64,000 nt of DNA from a virus (lineage: Duplodnaviria > Heunggongvirae > Uroviricota > Caudoviricetes), in IMG/VR virus record IMGVR_UViG_3300027777_000022, one strand, 5' to 3'. Each line of letters begins with the position of its first letter. The first letter of the stretch is position 1. The notes under the pieces were generated by a model that was not told the DNA's origin, made no database searches, and was given only the letters and a program-made list of their open reading frames with translations. Positions 18,399-28,924 of this stretch are shown here, piece by piece. A program made the position numbers and the translations under genes.

Positions 18399-19159
18399 TA
18401 TGTTGGATATTGTTTCAATACACTCTGAACTGCATTAGGATATGTTATTGCAACACTATGACTTTCGCATTTGTGATTGATAGCTGCTGCGGTGTCTAAC
18501 TGTTTGAATGCTTGTAACACTTGTTCAGGGTCTCGGTGTTGGCTTTCTATGCAACTTGTTACCTTGCTACGAATACGATGGTCATTACCTATCCAGGTCC
18601 AGTGCCATCCTGCTGTTTCAGGATATGTTACACAATGGCTACGATCTTTTCGTTTTGTGTTGTTACCTTTGTAGAGTTGTTGTGGATTTTCAAACATGCA
18701 TTTACGAGCAATCACTGTGCCATTCCAATTGCGATTCATTTTTTGATCAAACTTGTAAACATACATGTCTAACACACATGCAACCGGGCGTTGATGTACA
18801 TCCATGTAATCAATAATGTGTTGTATTTTTTCTGGATCAACAATCTCGTCGAGGTCCGAATGAACAACAATATCTTGTGCGTCTAGCTTGTTGATTTCTT
18901 GTTGTAGACTGGCCCGGCTATAATTTTCGCATTGCCAATTCACATAGTCTGTAGGAATGTCCAATTGGATCACACACATCCGATCTCGATAGCGTTGATA
19001 CCAATCCAAATTTTCTGACAGGTAGTAGGGTTTTTTATGTCCGCTCCAAGTTTGACTTCCTTCAAGTACGATCCAACGGTCAACATAGTTATCAGTCACA
19101 GCCAGTCTGACGTCCAACATATCAAACTCGTTGTTAAACATAAATGTATCAACTATCAT
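18377..19159 (-). CDS. Glycosyltransferase family 17-like
   Basis: DTFMFNNEFDMLDVRL, SDLDEI, GWHWTW. Confidence 0.8.
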   Translation of the reverse strand: MIVDTFMFNNEFDMLDVRLAVTDNYVDRWIVLEGSQTWSGHKKPYYLSENLDWYQRYRDRMCVIQLDIPTDYVNWQCENYSRASLQQEINKLDAQDIVVHSDLDEIVDPEKIQHIIDYMDVHQRPVACVLDMYVYKFDQKMNRNWNGTVIARKCMFENPQQLYKGNNTKRKDRSHCVTYPETAGWHWTWIGNDHRIRSKVTSCIESQHRDPEQVLQAFKQLDTAAAINHKCESHSVAITYPNAVQSVLKQYPTYWNNPPV

Positions 19160-19177
19160 ATCTTGATGTGTTATCTT

Positions 19178-19810
19178 TTAAAATTTATAAATTATCTGAT
19201 ACGCATCATACACAGGATCTATTCCTTTGGCTTGCAAATAGTCTGCTATGTAATGCCCTTTTCCTGTTCTCATTCCTGAGTCTTTAAATCTACTGTTGTC
19301 GTCGATCACTACTAATGCACCTGGTTTTAGAGATGATTCGATTATTTGAAATTCTCGTAAATGATGCTCGGCACTCAGATGATCATCATGCCATTTTACA
19401 TCATAACTGTCAAGATAGAAAAGATCAATCTGGTCCAGATCCAATTGTGTAGCTAGATATAGCACACTATCCATGCATGTGGATTCAAATTTTGCTGATG
19501 TAATTGTACTACGAGCGCACATCACAGCAGAAGGGTCTATGTCCACACTACGAACACTTCCACCAAAATGTTCTACAAATTCTGTAAACAACCGGGCGCT
19601 TTGTCCATCTTTCCAATTGTCTGGATTACGTAAGGTACCAGTTTCAATTATACGATATTCGTCTTGATTGAGACTTTCGAGATATGCAAACACAAGATTA
19701 AATCCGTCCGCACGTTGATAAAGACCTTCTACCAATCCTCGTTTGGCCCCACTTACTTGGGGATTTAATAAATCGTAATAGTTGTTGCGGTAATGTTCAA
19801 GCCAGGTCAT
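19178..19810 (-). CDS. Class I SAM-dependent methyltransferase
   Basis: IIETGT, SVDID, DLFYLDS, LKPGALVVIDD. Confidence 0.75.
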   Translation of the reverse strand: MTWLEHYRNNYYDLLNPQVSGAKRGLVEGLYQRADGFNLVFAYLESLNQDEYRIIETGTLRNPDNWKDGQSARLFTEFVEHFGGSVRSVDIDPSAVMCARSTITSAKFESTCMDSVLYLATQLDLDQIDLFYLDSYDVKWHDDHLSAEHHLREFQIIESSLKPGALVVIDDNSRFKDSGMRTGKGHYIADYLQAKGIDPVYDAYQIIYKF

Positions 19811-19817
19811 ATGTTAT

Positions 19818-20402
19818 TTAAATTAGATTATCAACTGCGATAGGTTTTGTAACTATCCAACAACGTCCAGATTTATTCACCTTTATACCCAATGGTTTGA
19901 AAAAATCCCATACTGCTTGTTGTACTTCGGGCCAGCCTTTGGTATAATCATCTCCAGCAAAATAACATCCAGGTTTGATCTTGGGATACCACGCAGCCAA
20001 ATCTCTGGTTACATCGCTGTATGTGTGCCCAGCATCTACATAACAAAAATCCACAGATTCGTTGGCAAATGATTGTGCAGCTTCCCAACTGATTGATTCC
20101 ACTGGGATATACCGTCCAGTTATGCAACTCAGGTTGGTATCAAATATATCTCTGAGAGATTTTTCAGTGATAAACTCATGATCCTGGTGTTCGACACCGC
20201 CTTGCCAGGTATCAACACAGTGAAAAGACCCGAGTTTATTTCTGTTGATCAATTCAACTACACAGTAAGCGGTGCTGCGGCCAGTCCAAGATCCAAGTTC
20301 TACCCAGGTACCATCTGCAGGAAATTGATCTAATACTAGGTCAAGCATTATGGTATTTCTGTGATTCATATAACCGTCGATGTTTTGATAGAAGTGGTCC
20401 AT
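19818..20402 (-). CDS. Class I SAM-dependent methyltransferase (Methyltransf_24-like)
   Basis: VELGSWTGRS, VDTW, YVDAGHTY, KPGCYFAGDDY. Confidence 0.85.
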   Translation of the reverse strand: MDHFYQNIDGYMNHRNTIMLDLVLDQFPADGTWVELGSWTGRSTAYCVVELINRNKLGSFHCVDTWQGGVEHQDHEFITEKSLRDIFDTNLSCITGRYIPVESISWEAAQSFANESVDFCYVDAGHTYSDVTRDLAAWYPKIKPGCYFAGDDYTKGWPEVQQAVWDFFKPLGIKVNKSGRCWIVTKPIAVDNLI

Positions 20403-20406
20403 TTTT

Positions 20407-20434
20407 TATTTACCGTTATATACGCCGATAAATA
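20407..20434. promoter_or_regulatory. Divergent late-type TAAATA promoters
   Basis: TAAATA on minus 20407-20412 (4 nt from ATG 20402) and on plus 20429-20434 (5 nt from ATG 20440). Confidence 0.7.
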
Positions 20435-20439
20435 TTTCT

Positions 20440-21207
20440 ATGGACACTATGAAAATTGTAATTGTTACAGGTGGGTTTGACCCTATGCATTCGGGTCATG
20501 TGATGTATCTCAGAGATGCACGTAAACTGGGACACATGTTGATCGTTGGGCTAAACTCAGATGAATGGCTCACCCGTAAAAAAGGTCGGCCATTCATGAA
20601 CTATCACGAACGATGGGCTGTGCTGCTGGGCTGTAGATATGTGGATGGTGTGATCAGTTTTGATGATGCTGATGGATCTGCATGTGATGCAATTCGCAAA
20701 GTGCGAGCTCAGTATCCTCGTGCAGAAATAGTGTTTGCCAATGGTGGCGATAGAACAAAAGAAAACATACCCGAAATGGTGTTTGACGATGTGGAGTTTG
20801 TGTTTGGTGTTGGCGGCGAAAACAAAGCCAACAGCTCAAGCTGGATCTTGGAAGAATGGAAGAAGCCCAAGACAGATCGTGCCTGGGGATATTACCGTAT
20901 CCTTCACGAAGTTGGATCACATGTAAAACTCAAAGAACTCACTGTGATGCCCGGGCAACGTCTCAGCATGCAACGTCACGAAAAACGTGCAGAATTTTGG
21001 TTTGTTGCCGAAGGTGAAGCCACAGTATACACAGTAGATCCATACAGTACAGATTATGATTTGTTGGCCAGTCCTGCGCGACATCAGCACACATGGATTC
21101 AGCTAGGAGAATGGCATCAGCTATGTAACGAGACTGATCAATTGCTCAAGCTGATTGAAATACAGTACGGTGAAGATTGCGTAGAAGAAGATATTGAACG
21201 CAAATGA
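20440..21207 (+). CDS. Cytidylyltransferase-like domain fused to mannose-6-phosphate isomerase-type cupin
   Basis: GGFDPMHSGH (HxGH), KKGRP, NSSSWIL; then RAWG, LSMQRH..RAEFW, IEIQYG...EEDIER. Confidence 0.85.
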   Translation: MDTMKIVIVTGGFDPMHSGHVMYLRDARKLGHMLIVGLNSDEWLTRKKGRPFMNYHERWAVLLGCRYVDGVISFDDADGSACDAIRKVRAQYPRAEIVFANGGDRTKENIPEMVFDDVEFVFGVGGENKANSSSWILEEWKKPKTDRAWGYYRILHEVGSHVKLKELTVMPGQRLSMQRHEKRAEFWFVAEGEATVYTVDPYSTDYDLLASPARHQHTWIQLGEWHQLCNETDQLLKLIEIQYGEDCVEEDIERK

Positions 21208-21896
21208 ACAACATCATACCAGTGTTTGTAGGGTATGATCCTAGAGAAGCTATTGCTTATCATACCTGTGTGAATTCAATCATACGCAACAGTAGCAAAC
21301 CCGTGGCCATTATACCATTGGCACTGAATCTCTTTAAGGAATATTCTGAAACGCATACAGATGGAAGTAATCATTTCATCTACACACGGTTCCTGGTACC
21401 GCATCTGATGAAATACACTGGCCACGCTATCTTTATAGATGGTGACATGATTGTACGTGGAGATATTGCCGAGTTGTGGGAATTACGAAATACATCTATG
21501 GATGTGCAAGTGGTCAAACACAACTATCAAACACGCATGAGTGAAAAATATCTTGGCAGCAAAAACGAAAACTATCCACGCAAGAACTGGAGCAGTGTTA
21601 TGTTGTGGAACTGCAATAGCTTTCCCAATCGCAAGCTCACTCCTGAGTTTATTGAAAAATCTACAGGTGCAGAACTGCATAGATTTACCTGGCTGGAAGA
21701 TGCTCGCATAGGTGAGCTGCCCGCCGAATGGAATTGGTTGGATGTGGAATATGAATGGAATCCATTGGCCAAACTGGTTCACTTCACTCTAGGAACTCCG
21801 TGCTTTCATGAGTTTGCTGATCAAGGCAACTTCTCAGATGAATGGCACAAAGAGCGTATTTTTACCGAATACTGTCAACAAAGAAATATCATATGA
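21204..21896 (+). CDS. GT-A fold glycosyltransferase
   Basis: VGYDPRE, FIYTRFLVP, FIDGDM, YPRKNWSSV, HFTLGTP. Confidence 0.8.
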   Translation: MNNIIPVFVGYDPREAIAYHTCVNSIIRNSSKPVAIIPLALNLFKEYSETHTDGSNHFIYTRFLVPHLMKYTGHAIFIDGDMIVRGDIAELWELRNTSMDVQVVKHNYQTRMSEKYLGSKNENYPRKNWSSVMLWNCNSFPNRKLTPEFIEKSTGAELHRFTWLEDARIGELPAEWNWLDVEYEWNPLAKLVHFTLGTPCFHEFADQGNFSDEWHKERIFTEYCQQRNII

Positions 21897-22705
21897 GCAG
21901 TTGGATTTTTCTCAGCAAAGGCGGCAAGGACGAGTATGTGAACATGCTGGCCCATAGTGCAAAAATGCAACCAATGGACACTGATTACTTTGATTATCAT
22001 TACGATATAGCTGTGGACCATAACCAGTTAGTGCTACGTGGCATTCTCAAACACAAGATCATGAAGCAATGTCTAGCTGATGGTAATAATTTTTACTACA
22101 TGGATTCTGGATATGTTGGAAATAATGTAGGCAACAAAAACACACAAGGCATCAAGCAATATCACAGGATTGTGCTGAATGACTTGCAGCATCAGACCAT
22201 ACGTCCACGCCCTAGTGATAGATGGGATCTATTGGGTATCACGCCTGATGCTCGCCGTTACGGATATAAAATTATAGTAGCAGCACCTGATGAAAAACCC
22301 TGCAAGTATTACGGAATTGATCAACAACAATGGATTCAAGACACTGTGGCCGAAATTAAAAAGCACACAGACCGTCCAGTAGTGGTTCGTGAACGTGCAG
22401 CGGCACGCATAGATAGAGTAATGAATCAACCCCTGAGCCACATGCTAACACAAGATGTACATGCCTTGGTCACATTCAACAGTGTTGCAGCAGTAGAAAG
22501 CATATTGGCTGGAGTTCCAGCATTTGTAATGGCGCCTAGTCATGTGGCAGCACCAGTGGGCAATCAAGACTTGGCCAAGATAGAAGATCCATTCTATCCA
22601 GACCGGGACTTGTTAGATGCATGGTGCCACAGCATGGCATACGGACAATATCATGTGCGCGAATTAAAAAATGGCACAGCATTTAGGATGATGCAAGAAC
22701 TATGA
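21893..22705 (+). CDS. Capsule-biosynthesis-like GT-B protein
   Basis: TDRPVVVRER, LVTFNSVAAVESILAGVP; start moved to ATG 21893. Confidence 0.6.
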   Translation: MSSWIFLSKGGKDEYVNMLAHSAKMQPMDTDYFDYHYDIAVDHNQLVLRGILKHKIMKQCLADGNNFYYMDSGYVGNNVGNKNTQGIKQYHRIVLNDLQHQTIRPRPSDRWDLLGITPDARRYGYKIIVAAPDEKPCKYYGIDQQQWIQDTVAEIKKHTDRPVVVRERAAARIDRVMNQPLSHMLTQDVHALVTFNSVAAVESILAGVPAFVMAPSHVAAPVGNQDLAKIEDPFYPDRDLLDAWCHSMAYGQYHVRELKNGTAFRMMQEL

Positions 22706-23667
22706 GAGTCATAAGTTATACCGCCACATTGCCAAAAAAAGAGCAATACACTCCTGAGAGCTTGAAAAATGCCACCGACAAGGTCAATACCCTGACATAC
22801 TTTGCTCAAGGTGTAAATGCACAAGGTGACGAAGGTATTGTTCAAACTGACATGACTTATGAGCCCAGCGATGTAGCTGTTATACTGGGTTGGGTACATG
22901 AGCATGGCAAAACTGCTGCACATCTACAATTCCGCCAAGAGATATTGGATGGACAACATGCAGCCGGTGGCAGAACTATCATAGCAGACAGCAATCTGTT
23001 CCTGTACAACAACAAAGAAAATCCCGGATATTGGTTGCGTTATAGCTATGATGGTATCTTTGCCAACACTGGAGAATATTGCAATCACGATCCTGATCCT
23101 GCTCGTTGGACAAGGATACAAGCACAATGCGGAGTTCGACTACAACCTTGGCGATCTGCCGGTAATCACATATTAATTTGCTTACAGCGTGACGGAGGGT
23201 GGAGCATGGCCGGATGGGATGTGATAGATTGGGCACTAAAAACCATAATTGACATACGCAAGTATTCAGATCGTCCTATACGTATACGACCGCATCCAGG
23301 AGACAAGAAGGCTAGAAAATACTGTGATAGACTTATGAAACTGTGCCAGGGTCGCAGACTAACAGGACTAGGAATTAGTATAGAAGGTCACAGCCTCATA
23401 GACGATTTCACTGACTGCTGGGCAGTGGTAAATCACAACTCCAGTCCGGGTGTGGCAGCAGTGATACAAGGTATTCCTTTGATATTAACTGACCCGTTAC
23501 GCAGTCAAGCCAGTGATGTGGCCACGGTGGGCATACATTCTATAGAAAATCCACTCATGCCCGACAGAACAGCGTGGATACAGCGCATCAGTCAATTCCA
23601 TTGGAGTCACGAAGAACTACGAACAGGGGTATGTTGGGAACACATGAAGAAATGGGCAAAAAAATGA
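22702..23667 (+). CDS. Capsule-biosynthesis-like GT-B protein
   Basis: SDRPIRIRPHP, VVNHNSSPGVAAVIQGIP. Confidence 0.6.
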   Translation: MRVISYTATLPKKEQYTPESLKNATDKVNTLTYFAQGVNAQGDEGIVQTDMTYEPSDVAVILGWVHEHGKTAAHLQFRQEILDGQHAAGGRTIIADSNLFLYNNKENPGYWLRYSYDGIFANTGEYCNHDPDPARWTRIQAQCGVRLQPWRSAGNHILICLQRDGGWSMAGWDVIDWALKTIIDIRKYSDRPIRIRPHPGDKKARKYCDRLMKLCQGRRLTGLGISIEGHSLIDDFTDCWAVVNHNSSPGVAAVIQGIPLILTDPLRSQASDVATVGIHSIENPLMPDRTAWIQRISQFHWSHEELRTGVCWEHMKKWAKK

Positions 23668-24413
23668 TACAAGTAATAACCAGTTTTAATCAACTGTACT
23701 ATGATCTAATTGGAAAAGATTCGGTTAGCAGTTTTCTAGAACATTGGCCAAAAGATCTCAACATCACTTGTTATGTAGAAGGGTTACAGTTGCCAAAGAA
23801 TAATCGAGTTGTTCAGATTAAATTTTCCAAGTTAGATCCGGACTATGAGCAATATCAACTGGATCCTGCATTGAATCAAAGCATGAAAAAGTTTGCCAAG
23901 AAAGCCTATAGTTTCATGCACGCCATGAACAACAGTAAGGCAGAATGGATAGTATGGTTAGATGCCGATGTGATCACAGTACAATCTTTACCCATTGAGT
24001 TGTTACAAAGAGTATTAAGCTCAGATCATCTAGCTATGTATATGGGTGTGACATACGTCACAGACAAAAGTGGCAATCCAGGCAATTGGTTAGTTCCTGA
24101 GACCGGTGTGTTTGCTGTGAACACTCGTCATGCGGATTTTGATGCCTTTAGAGCAGAGTATTGTAGACGTTATCGTGAACGCGATTACACAGACCTGCGC
24201 AGATTTTATGACAATGATGTGTTTGGTGCTGCGTTAGCAGTTGTGCCCGACGCTGCTGTGTTGGATCTATGTGCAGGATTCAAGAAGAGTTACAAAACTC
24301 CATTACGGCATACCGTATTAGGTGATCACCTCATACACTACAAAGCCAAACACTCCAAGGCTGAATATGTACAAGGCGATGTTGATGGAATTTGTGTGGC
24401 CGACAACGATTAA
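23664..24413 (+). CDS. Nucleotide-diphospho-sugar transferase-like protein
   Basis: KFAKKAY, VWLDADV, ETG, HYK; start moved to ATG 23664. Confidence 0.7.
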   Translation: MIQVITSFNQLYYDLIGKDSVSSFLEHWPKDLNITCYVEGLQLPKNNRVVQIKFSKLDPDYEQYQLDPALNQSMKKFAKKAYSFMHAMNNSKAEWIVWLDADVITVQSLPIELLQRVLSSDHLAMYMGVTYVTDKSGNPGNWLVPETGVFAVNTRHADFDAFRAEYCRRYRERDYTDLRRFYDNDVFGAALAVVPDAAVLDLCAGFKKSYKTPLRHTVLGDHLIHYKAKHSKAEYVQGDVDGICVADND

Positions 24414-25231
24414 TTGTTACGCCAATACTGTTCGTTTCTGGGACGAATAAGGTCTGAGCCAAGGCTACGCCCTGTGGTTTTTCGATTGCCTTTGAGATGA
24501 TCTAGATACGCTCCCCAAGCTGTGTTGATCAGTGGATGCCCTTCTCCTTTGATAAGACCTGCACTCCAATTTAACACTCGCCATTCAGGATGAGCTGCTT
24601 GAACTTCTTTACGTGTTTCATCAAACACCCAGCAATCATTCCATTCAGCCATGGTCATGAGTCGACCCGAATCGTATGCCAGTTGAAACTCTGCAAGCCA
24701 CTTGCGTGTAATTGGGTTTCGTAGATTCATTGCGTACAACCCGCATTCTGAGAACTTCTTTTCACGACCCAGATAGGCCAGGCCCACGTCTGATGGCATT
24801 TGCAGCAACAAAAATGCTTCACTAAGGCTGGTATGACATATCATATCAGCATCCATCCAAAATAACACATCAGTTTTGCAGTTAGCAGCAGCATGAAATA
24901 CACTATATGCTTTGTGACTGAATCTTAAGGCATCCCAGCGAAATCCCAATCCGTTTGCTTTTCCCTTGGCATCAACAGGACCTGTTGCTACTTCTCCGCG
25001 AGCTCTGGGATCCGGGCCCCATCGTTGCTTGAATGCAACAATTTCAGGACTTGATGCATGTAGATCCCTCACATGTAAATTACCAGCCGATTGTGTGATA
25101 GCGCAATCTTCGGTATACACATATAGATCAACTGCGTTTGGCCAACTTTTTAAAAAAGTATCAATCATGCGGCTGGCATACTTGTCGTAACCTGCTTGGT
25201 TGAATGTAGTAACTACTGCATATTTTGTCAT
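24410..25231 (-). CDS. Nucleotide-diphospho-sugar transferase-like protein (paralogue of the convergent gene)
   Basis: RFSHKAY, FWMDADM, ECG, WNDCWVFD, DHLKG. Confidence 0.7.
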   Translation of the reverse strand: MTKYAVVTTFNQAGYDKYASRMIDTFLKSWPNAVDLYVYTEDCAITQSAGNLHVRDLHASSPEIVAFKQRWGPDPRARGEVATGPVDAKGKANGLGFRWDALRFSHKAYSVFHAAANCKTDVLFWMDADMICHTSLSEAFLLLQMPSDVGLAYLGREKKFSECGLYAMNLRNPITRKWLAEFQLAYDSGRLMTMAEWNDCWVFDETRKEVQAAHPEWRVLNWSAGLIKGEGHPLINTAWGAYLDHLKGNRKTTGRSLGSDLIRPRNEQYWRNN

Positions 25232-25268
25232 GGGCTTCCAGTTCTGAATAACTATTTAACACAATATC

Positions 25269-26111
25269 ATGAACATCAGTATTTTTAATCAATTTGGCGC
25301 CCTCAACTCTGGGCCAGTGTTTGAGGCATTTCGTAACGGTTGCAAAAAACACCGTATACGTGTGACCGAACACAACATGTCAGCAGACGTGGCAGTGATC
25401 TGGAGTCAACTATGGACCGGACGTATGGCCCCTAATAGAGCAGTTTGGGAAGAATTTTCTGCTTCAGGACGACCAGTGATTGTGTTAGAAGTAGGACAAT
25501 TGAATCGTGGTGTCACATGGAAAATGGGCATCAATGGTGTCAATGCTCGTGGATGGTTTGGCGAAGGTATTGAACCTGGACGTGCAAAAAAACTAGCAAT
25601 GCGATTACAGCCATGGCATCAAGGCGATCATATTCTCATAGCCATGCAACGTAGTGATAGTGAACAATGGGCAGGACTGCCGCCAGCACAACAATGGCTG
25701 GATCAGACCATTGCCAGGATACGTAAACACACTGATCGACCTATTGTGGTGAGACCGCACCCTAGACAAAAACTGCAACCCAAGATGGGGGTGAAGTTTC
25801 AAACACCACTGGCATTGTGTGGAACATATGATGAATTTGATTTTAGATCAAATTTAAATAATGCCTGGGCAGTGGTTAATGAAAATTCAGGACCTGGTAG
25901 TCAAGCTGTATTAGATGGTGTACCAGCATTTGTGGGTGCGTACTCAATGGCAGCACCTGTGGCCAATTTAGACTATGCTCTAATAGAAAAACCACGCATG
26001 CCCGATAGAGAAACGTGGTTGGACGAGTTGTGTCATACAGAGTGGACGCTAGGCGAGATCACTGCTGGTATTCCAATTGGCAGACTACTAGTTAGATTGC
26101 AGCCTGGCTAG
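25269..26111 (+). CDS. Capsule-biosynthesis-like GT-B protein
   Basis: TDRPIVVRPHP, VVNENSGPGSQAVLDGVP. Confidence 0.6.
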   Translation: MNISIFNQFGALNSGPVFEAFRNGCKKHRIRVTEHNMSADVAVIWSQLWTGRMAPNRAVWEEFSASGRPVIVLEVGQLNRGVTWKMGINGVNARGWFGEGIEPGRAKKLAMRLQPWHQGDHILIAMQRSDSEQWAGLPPAQQWLDQTIARIRKHTDRPIVVRPHPRQKLQPKMGVKFQTPLALCGTYDEFDFRSNLNNAWAVVNENSGPGSQAVLDGVPAFVGAYSMAAPVANLDYALIEKPRMPDRETWLDELCHTEWTLGEITAGIPIGRLLVRLQPG

Positions 26112-27065
26112 GTCAGCATCAACCATATTGCAAATCATTGTGACAAAATCAGTACGTGGCTTCCATCCTAGTATTTCCCTAGCCGAAGTTGAATCTCCAC
26201 ACAAGCTATGCAGTTCGGCAGGACGTTTGAATCTAGGATCCGACATGACCATGGCTTGCCAATTAATGATGCCTGCATGGCGGAATGCAATATCACACAG
26301 TTCTCTAATGCTGTGTTGTTCACCTGTAGAAATAACATAGTCTCTGGCTTGAGGTTGCTGTAGCATCAACCACATGGCTTCTACAAAGTCGCCAGCAAAT
26401 CCCCAGTCACGACGTGCATCAAGATTACCTAATATGATAGATTTTTCTAATCCCAGTTTGATACGTGCAACACCGTCGGTTACTTTACGTGTGACAAATT
26501 CACGGCCACGTAATGGACTTTCGTGATTGAATAAGATACCCGAACATGCATATAGACTGTAACTTTCACGAAAGTTTACGGTCATCCAATGGCTATACAG
26601 TTTGCTAATTCCATATGGACTGCGGGGGCGGAATGGTGTATTTTCTCCTTGCTGCCCGTCTTCTGTGAAGTTACCAAACATTTCACTTGTGCTGGCTTGA
26701 TAAAAACGTGTGTTAGGTGTGTGCCTGCGAATTGCATTTAATAAATTCAATGCACCAATTGAGTTTACTTCGGTAGTGAGTTTGTTGAGATCCCAACTTG
26801 ACCCTACAAAACTCTGTGCTGCAAGATTATACACTTCTTGTGGCTTGAGTGTTTGCATGAGATGATTCATGTTGTTTTCATCGGTGATATCACCGGTGAT
26901 TAACTCAATATCATTTTCTATGCCCAGCCACTTGATATTATCCAAGTTTGGATTTGAATAACGTTTTACAAGACCATACACATGATAGCCTTTTTCAACC
27001 AATAGCTTGGCAAGATATGGACCGTCTTGGCCGGTCATGCCTGTTATAAATGCTGTATGTTTCAT
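26088..27065 (-). CDS. gmd: GDP-mannose 4,6-dehydratase
   Basis: ITGMTGQDG, YNLAAQSFV, YQASTSE, PRSPYGISK, FNHESPLRG, GNLDARRDWG. Confidence 0.95.
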   Translation of the reverse strand: MKHTAFITGMTGQDGPYLAKLLVEKGYHVYGLVKRYSNPNLDNIKWLGIENDIELITGDITDENNMNHLMQTLKPQEVYNLAAQSFVGSSWDLNKLTTEVNSIGALNLLNAIRRHTPNTRFYQASTSEMFGNFTEDGQQGENTPFRPRSPYGISKLYSHWMTVNFRESYSLYACSGILFNHESPLRGREFVTRKVTDGVARIKLGLEKSIILGNLDARRDWGFAGDFVEAMWLMLQQPQARDYVISTGEQHSIRELCDIAFRHAGIINWQAMVMSDPRFKRPAELHSLCGDSTSAREILGWKPRTDFVTMICNMVDADLARLQSN

Positions 27066-27089
27066 AACAGTATGTATCTCTTGGCACAG

Positions 27090-27542
27090 TTAGAGTGTAA
27101 TATCTTCCATGCCTGCTGTGCGCAACCGTACCACATGACCCATCTGCCACTGTTTGGTATCCAGTCCCTTAAGGATGCCCAACCAGCGATTACGTAGCAA
27201 TGCTACTTCATTGATGATAGTTTCAAAATCAATTACTTCATCTTCGCCCTCGGCGTATTTTTCAGCATCTCTACTGGAGAGAGCACGAGCATAGCCTTCT
27301 AGATACTTTTGGAAATGTTTCCTGCGTATCTTGCGTAGTTGTATGTTGAGATAGTTTAGAACAGCTTCAATCTCTTGTAGCTGATTGAAACGTTGTTCTG
27401 TGATGCCAGGCAAGGCCGTGATATTCTTTTCTAAAACACCACGGATTTTGCAATCGTTTTTGGCCAGATCAAGCTCTGTTTCGTAATGGTCTATGAAATC
27501 AGGAATGGCTGCTAAGTCGGCCACTACTCTGCTGTACCACAT
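27090..27542 (-). CDS. uvsY: UvsY-like recombination mediator
   Basis: Helical 150-aa protein with C-terminal K.WQ....V.LR.AG pattern, next to UvsX. Confidence 0.7.
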   Translation of the reverse strand: MWYSRVVADLAAIPDFIDHYETELDLAKNDCKIRGVLEKNITALPGITEQRFNQLQEIEAVLNYLNIQLRKIRRKHFQKYLEGYARALSSRDAEKYAEGEDEVIDFETIINEVALLRNRWLGILKGLDTKQWQMGHVVRLRTAGMEDITL

Positions 27543-27808
27543 CAGTTTTCCCAGTCGTCGTCGTGATAATCTTCTTCTTCGTCAGCTTCTTCCTCGTCCT
27601 CATAGCTCTTGTCATTGTCAAGATATGCTGTGAGAGCACGTTTGATATCTGAATCACCTTTGAAAGCATTTTTGATATCATCCACGTCACAATCGTTATC
27701 AATCAAGATTGCAACTATGGTTTCAGCTGCTTCATCTCGATCAACTGTGTTTACATATCTCTTGAGTTCTGACCAGAGTTCGTTGGCCACTGCCACTGCT
27801 TCATTCAT
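27542..27808 (-). CDS. Acidic hypothetical protein
   Basis: 88 aa with Asp/Glu-rich tail, between uvsX and uvsY. Confidence 0.75.
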   Translation of the reverse strand: MNEAVAVANELWSELKRYVNTVDRDEAAETIVAILIDNDCDVDDIKNAFKGDSDIKRALTAYLDNDKSYEDEEEADEEEDYHDDDWEN

Positions 27809-28859
27809 CTACTGTTTCCTCCTGGGTACTTATTTCTTCTTTGTGATTTCCAAAGTCTGCCATGGCACGGTCCAGACAGCCTTCATCATTGGCTTCCCAC
27901 TTCTTGCGAAACTTCTTGATAATTTCACCATCAGTAGTAACAAACACTAAACTGTTGCCTTCCTTCTTTAACAAGTTGCGTTTTTCCATGAGATCAACCA
28001 TGCCAGAATATGGACTCATACCTGTTTCGTAAGGAATTTTGACCTGCACACCTTCAAAGGGTTTGGCATAACGTGTTTTCATTACTTTACAAGACGCACG
28101 GATGCCCATGACATCGGTGATCTTGTTGCCATCCTCATCTTCTTTCAGTTTGAGTTTCTTCATGGCCACAACAATTGAGCTGGCATAGATGAACCCTTGA
28201 CCACCGGATATCTTGTCATCTGGATCAAACATATCTTGACTTGCGTATGTGTGATTGGTACACACTAGACCCACATTGTATGAACCAAACATGTTCACAC
28301 AGTTACGCACCAAACTAGTGAGTGCCTTGGGTTTACGACCCATGTCACCTTTCATGTCTCCGGCTTCAAACTGATTCACATCAGTAGGAGTCAACAACAT
28401 ACCCAACGAGTCAATCACAAACATTACTTTAGGGCGATCATTTTCTGGCAAGGCCTTGTAGTCGCTCATGAATGTGGAGATAGTCTTGGCCACATCGTCA
28501 ATCATGGCCATGCTTAGTTTGAGCAATTTGCTATCACTAGTATCCACTCCCAGTGCTTTGAGCCAGTCTTCGTCCAGTGCGTTTTCACTGTCCACCAGCA
28601 CCACATAGATACCTTGTGCTTGTGCGTTCTTGATGATGTTGCCACTACAGATATAACTTTTACCTGCGCCCGACTCACCAGCAAACACTGTAACTTTACC
28701 CAGTGGAATACCTCTATTGAAGTCTCCGGAGATCAAATAGTTCAGGGCATAGTTGCCTGTTGATACCCAATCAGTGGGATCGTTAAACCCAATGCTCAAT
28801 CCTTCGATCGATTTGGTAATCTCCTTACGAAACTTACTCACGTCAAATGGTTTACCCAT
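27801..28859 (-). CDS. uvsX: RecA-like recombinase UvsX
   Basis: GESGAGKS, VDSENA, VIDSLG, NHTY, SGGQG. Confidence 0.92.
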   Translation of the reverse strand: MGKPFDVSKFRKEITKSIEGLSIGFNDPTDWVSTGNYALNYLISGDFNRGIPLGKVTVFAGESGAGKSYICSGNIIKNAQAQGIYVVLVDSENALDEDWLKALGVDTSDSKLLKLSMAMIDDVAKTISTFMSDYKALPENDRPKVMFVIDSLGMLLTPTDVNQFEAGDMKGDMGRKPKALTSLVRNCVNMFGSYNVGLVCTNHTYASQDMFDPDDKISGGQGFIYASSIVVAMKKLKLKEDEDGNKITDVMGIRASCKVMKTRYAKPFEGVQVKIPYETGMSPYSGMVDLMEKRNLLKKEGNSLVFVTTDGEIIKKFRKKWEANDEGCLDRAMADFGNHKEEISTQEETVDE

Positions 28860-28875
28860 ATATTACCTTAAAATA

Positions 28876-28907
28876 TAGAAAGACACAGAGGGTAATACCC
28901 TCTGTGT
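28876..28907 (-). terminator. Hairpin terminator or processing stem after the SSB gene
   Basis: ACACAGAGGGT-att-ACCCTCTGTGT 11-bp stem followed by CTTTCT. Confidence 0.7.
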
Positions 28908-28924
28908 GATGCTGCTGCTGTTGA

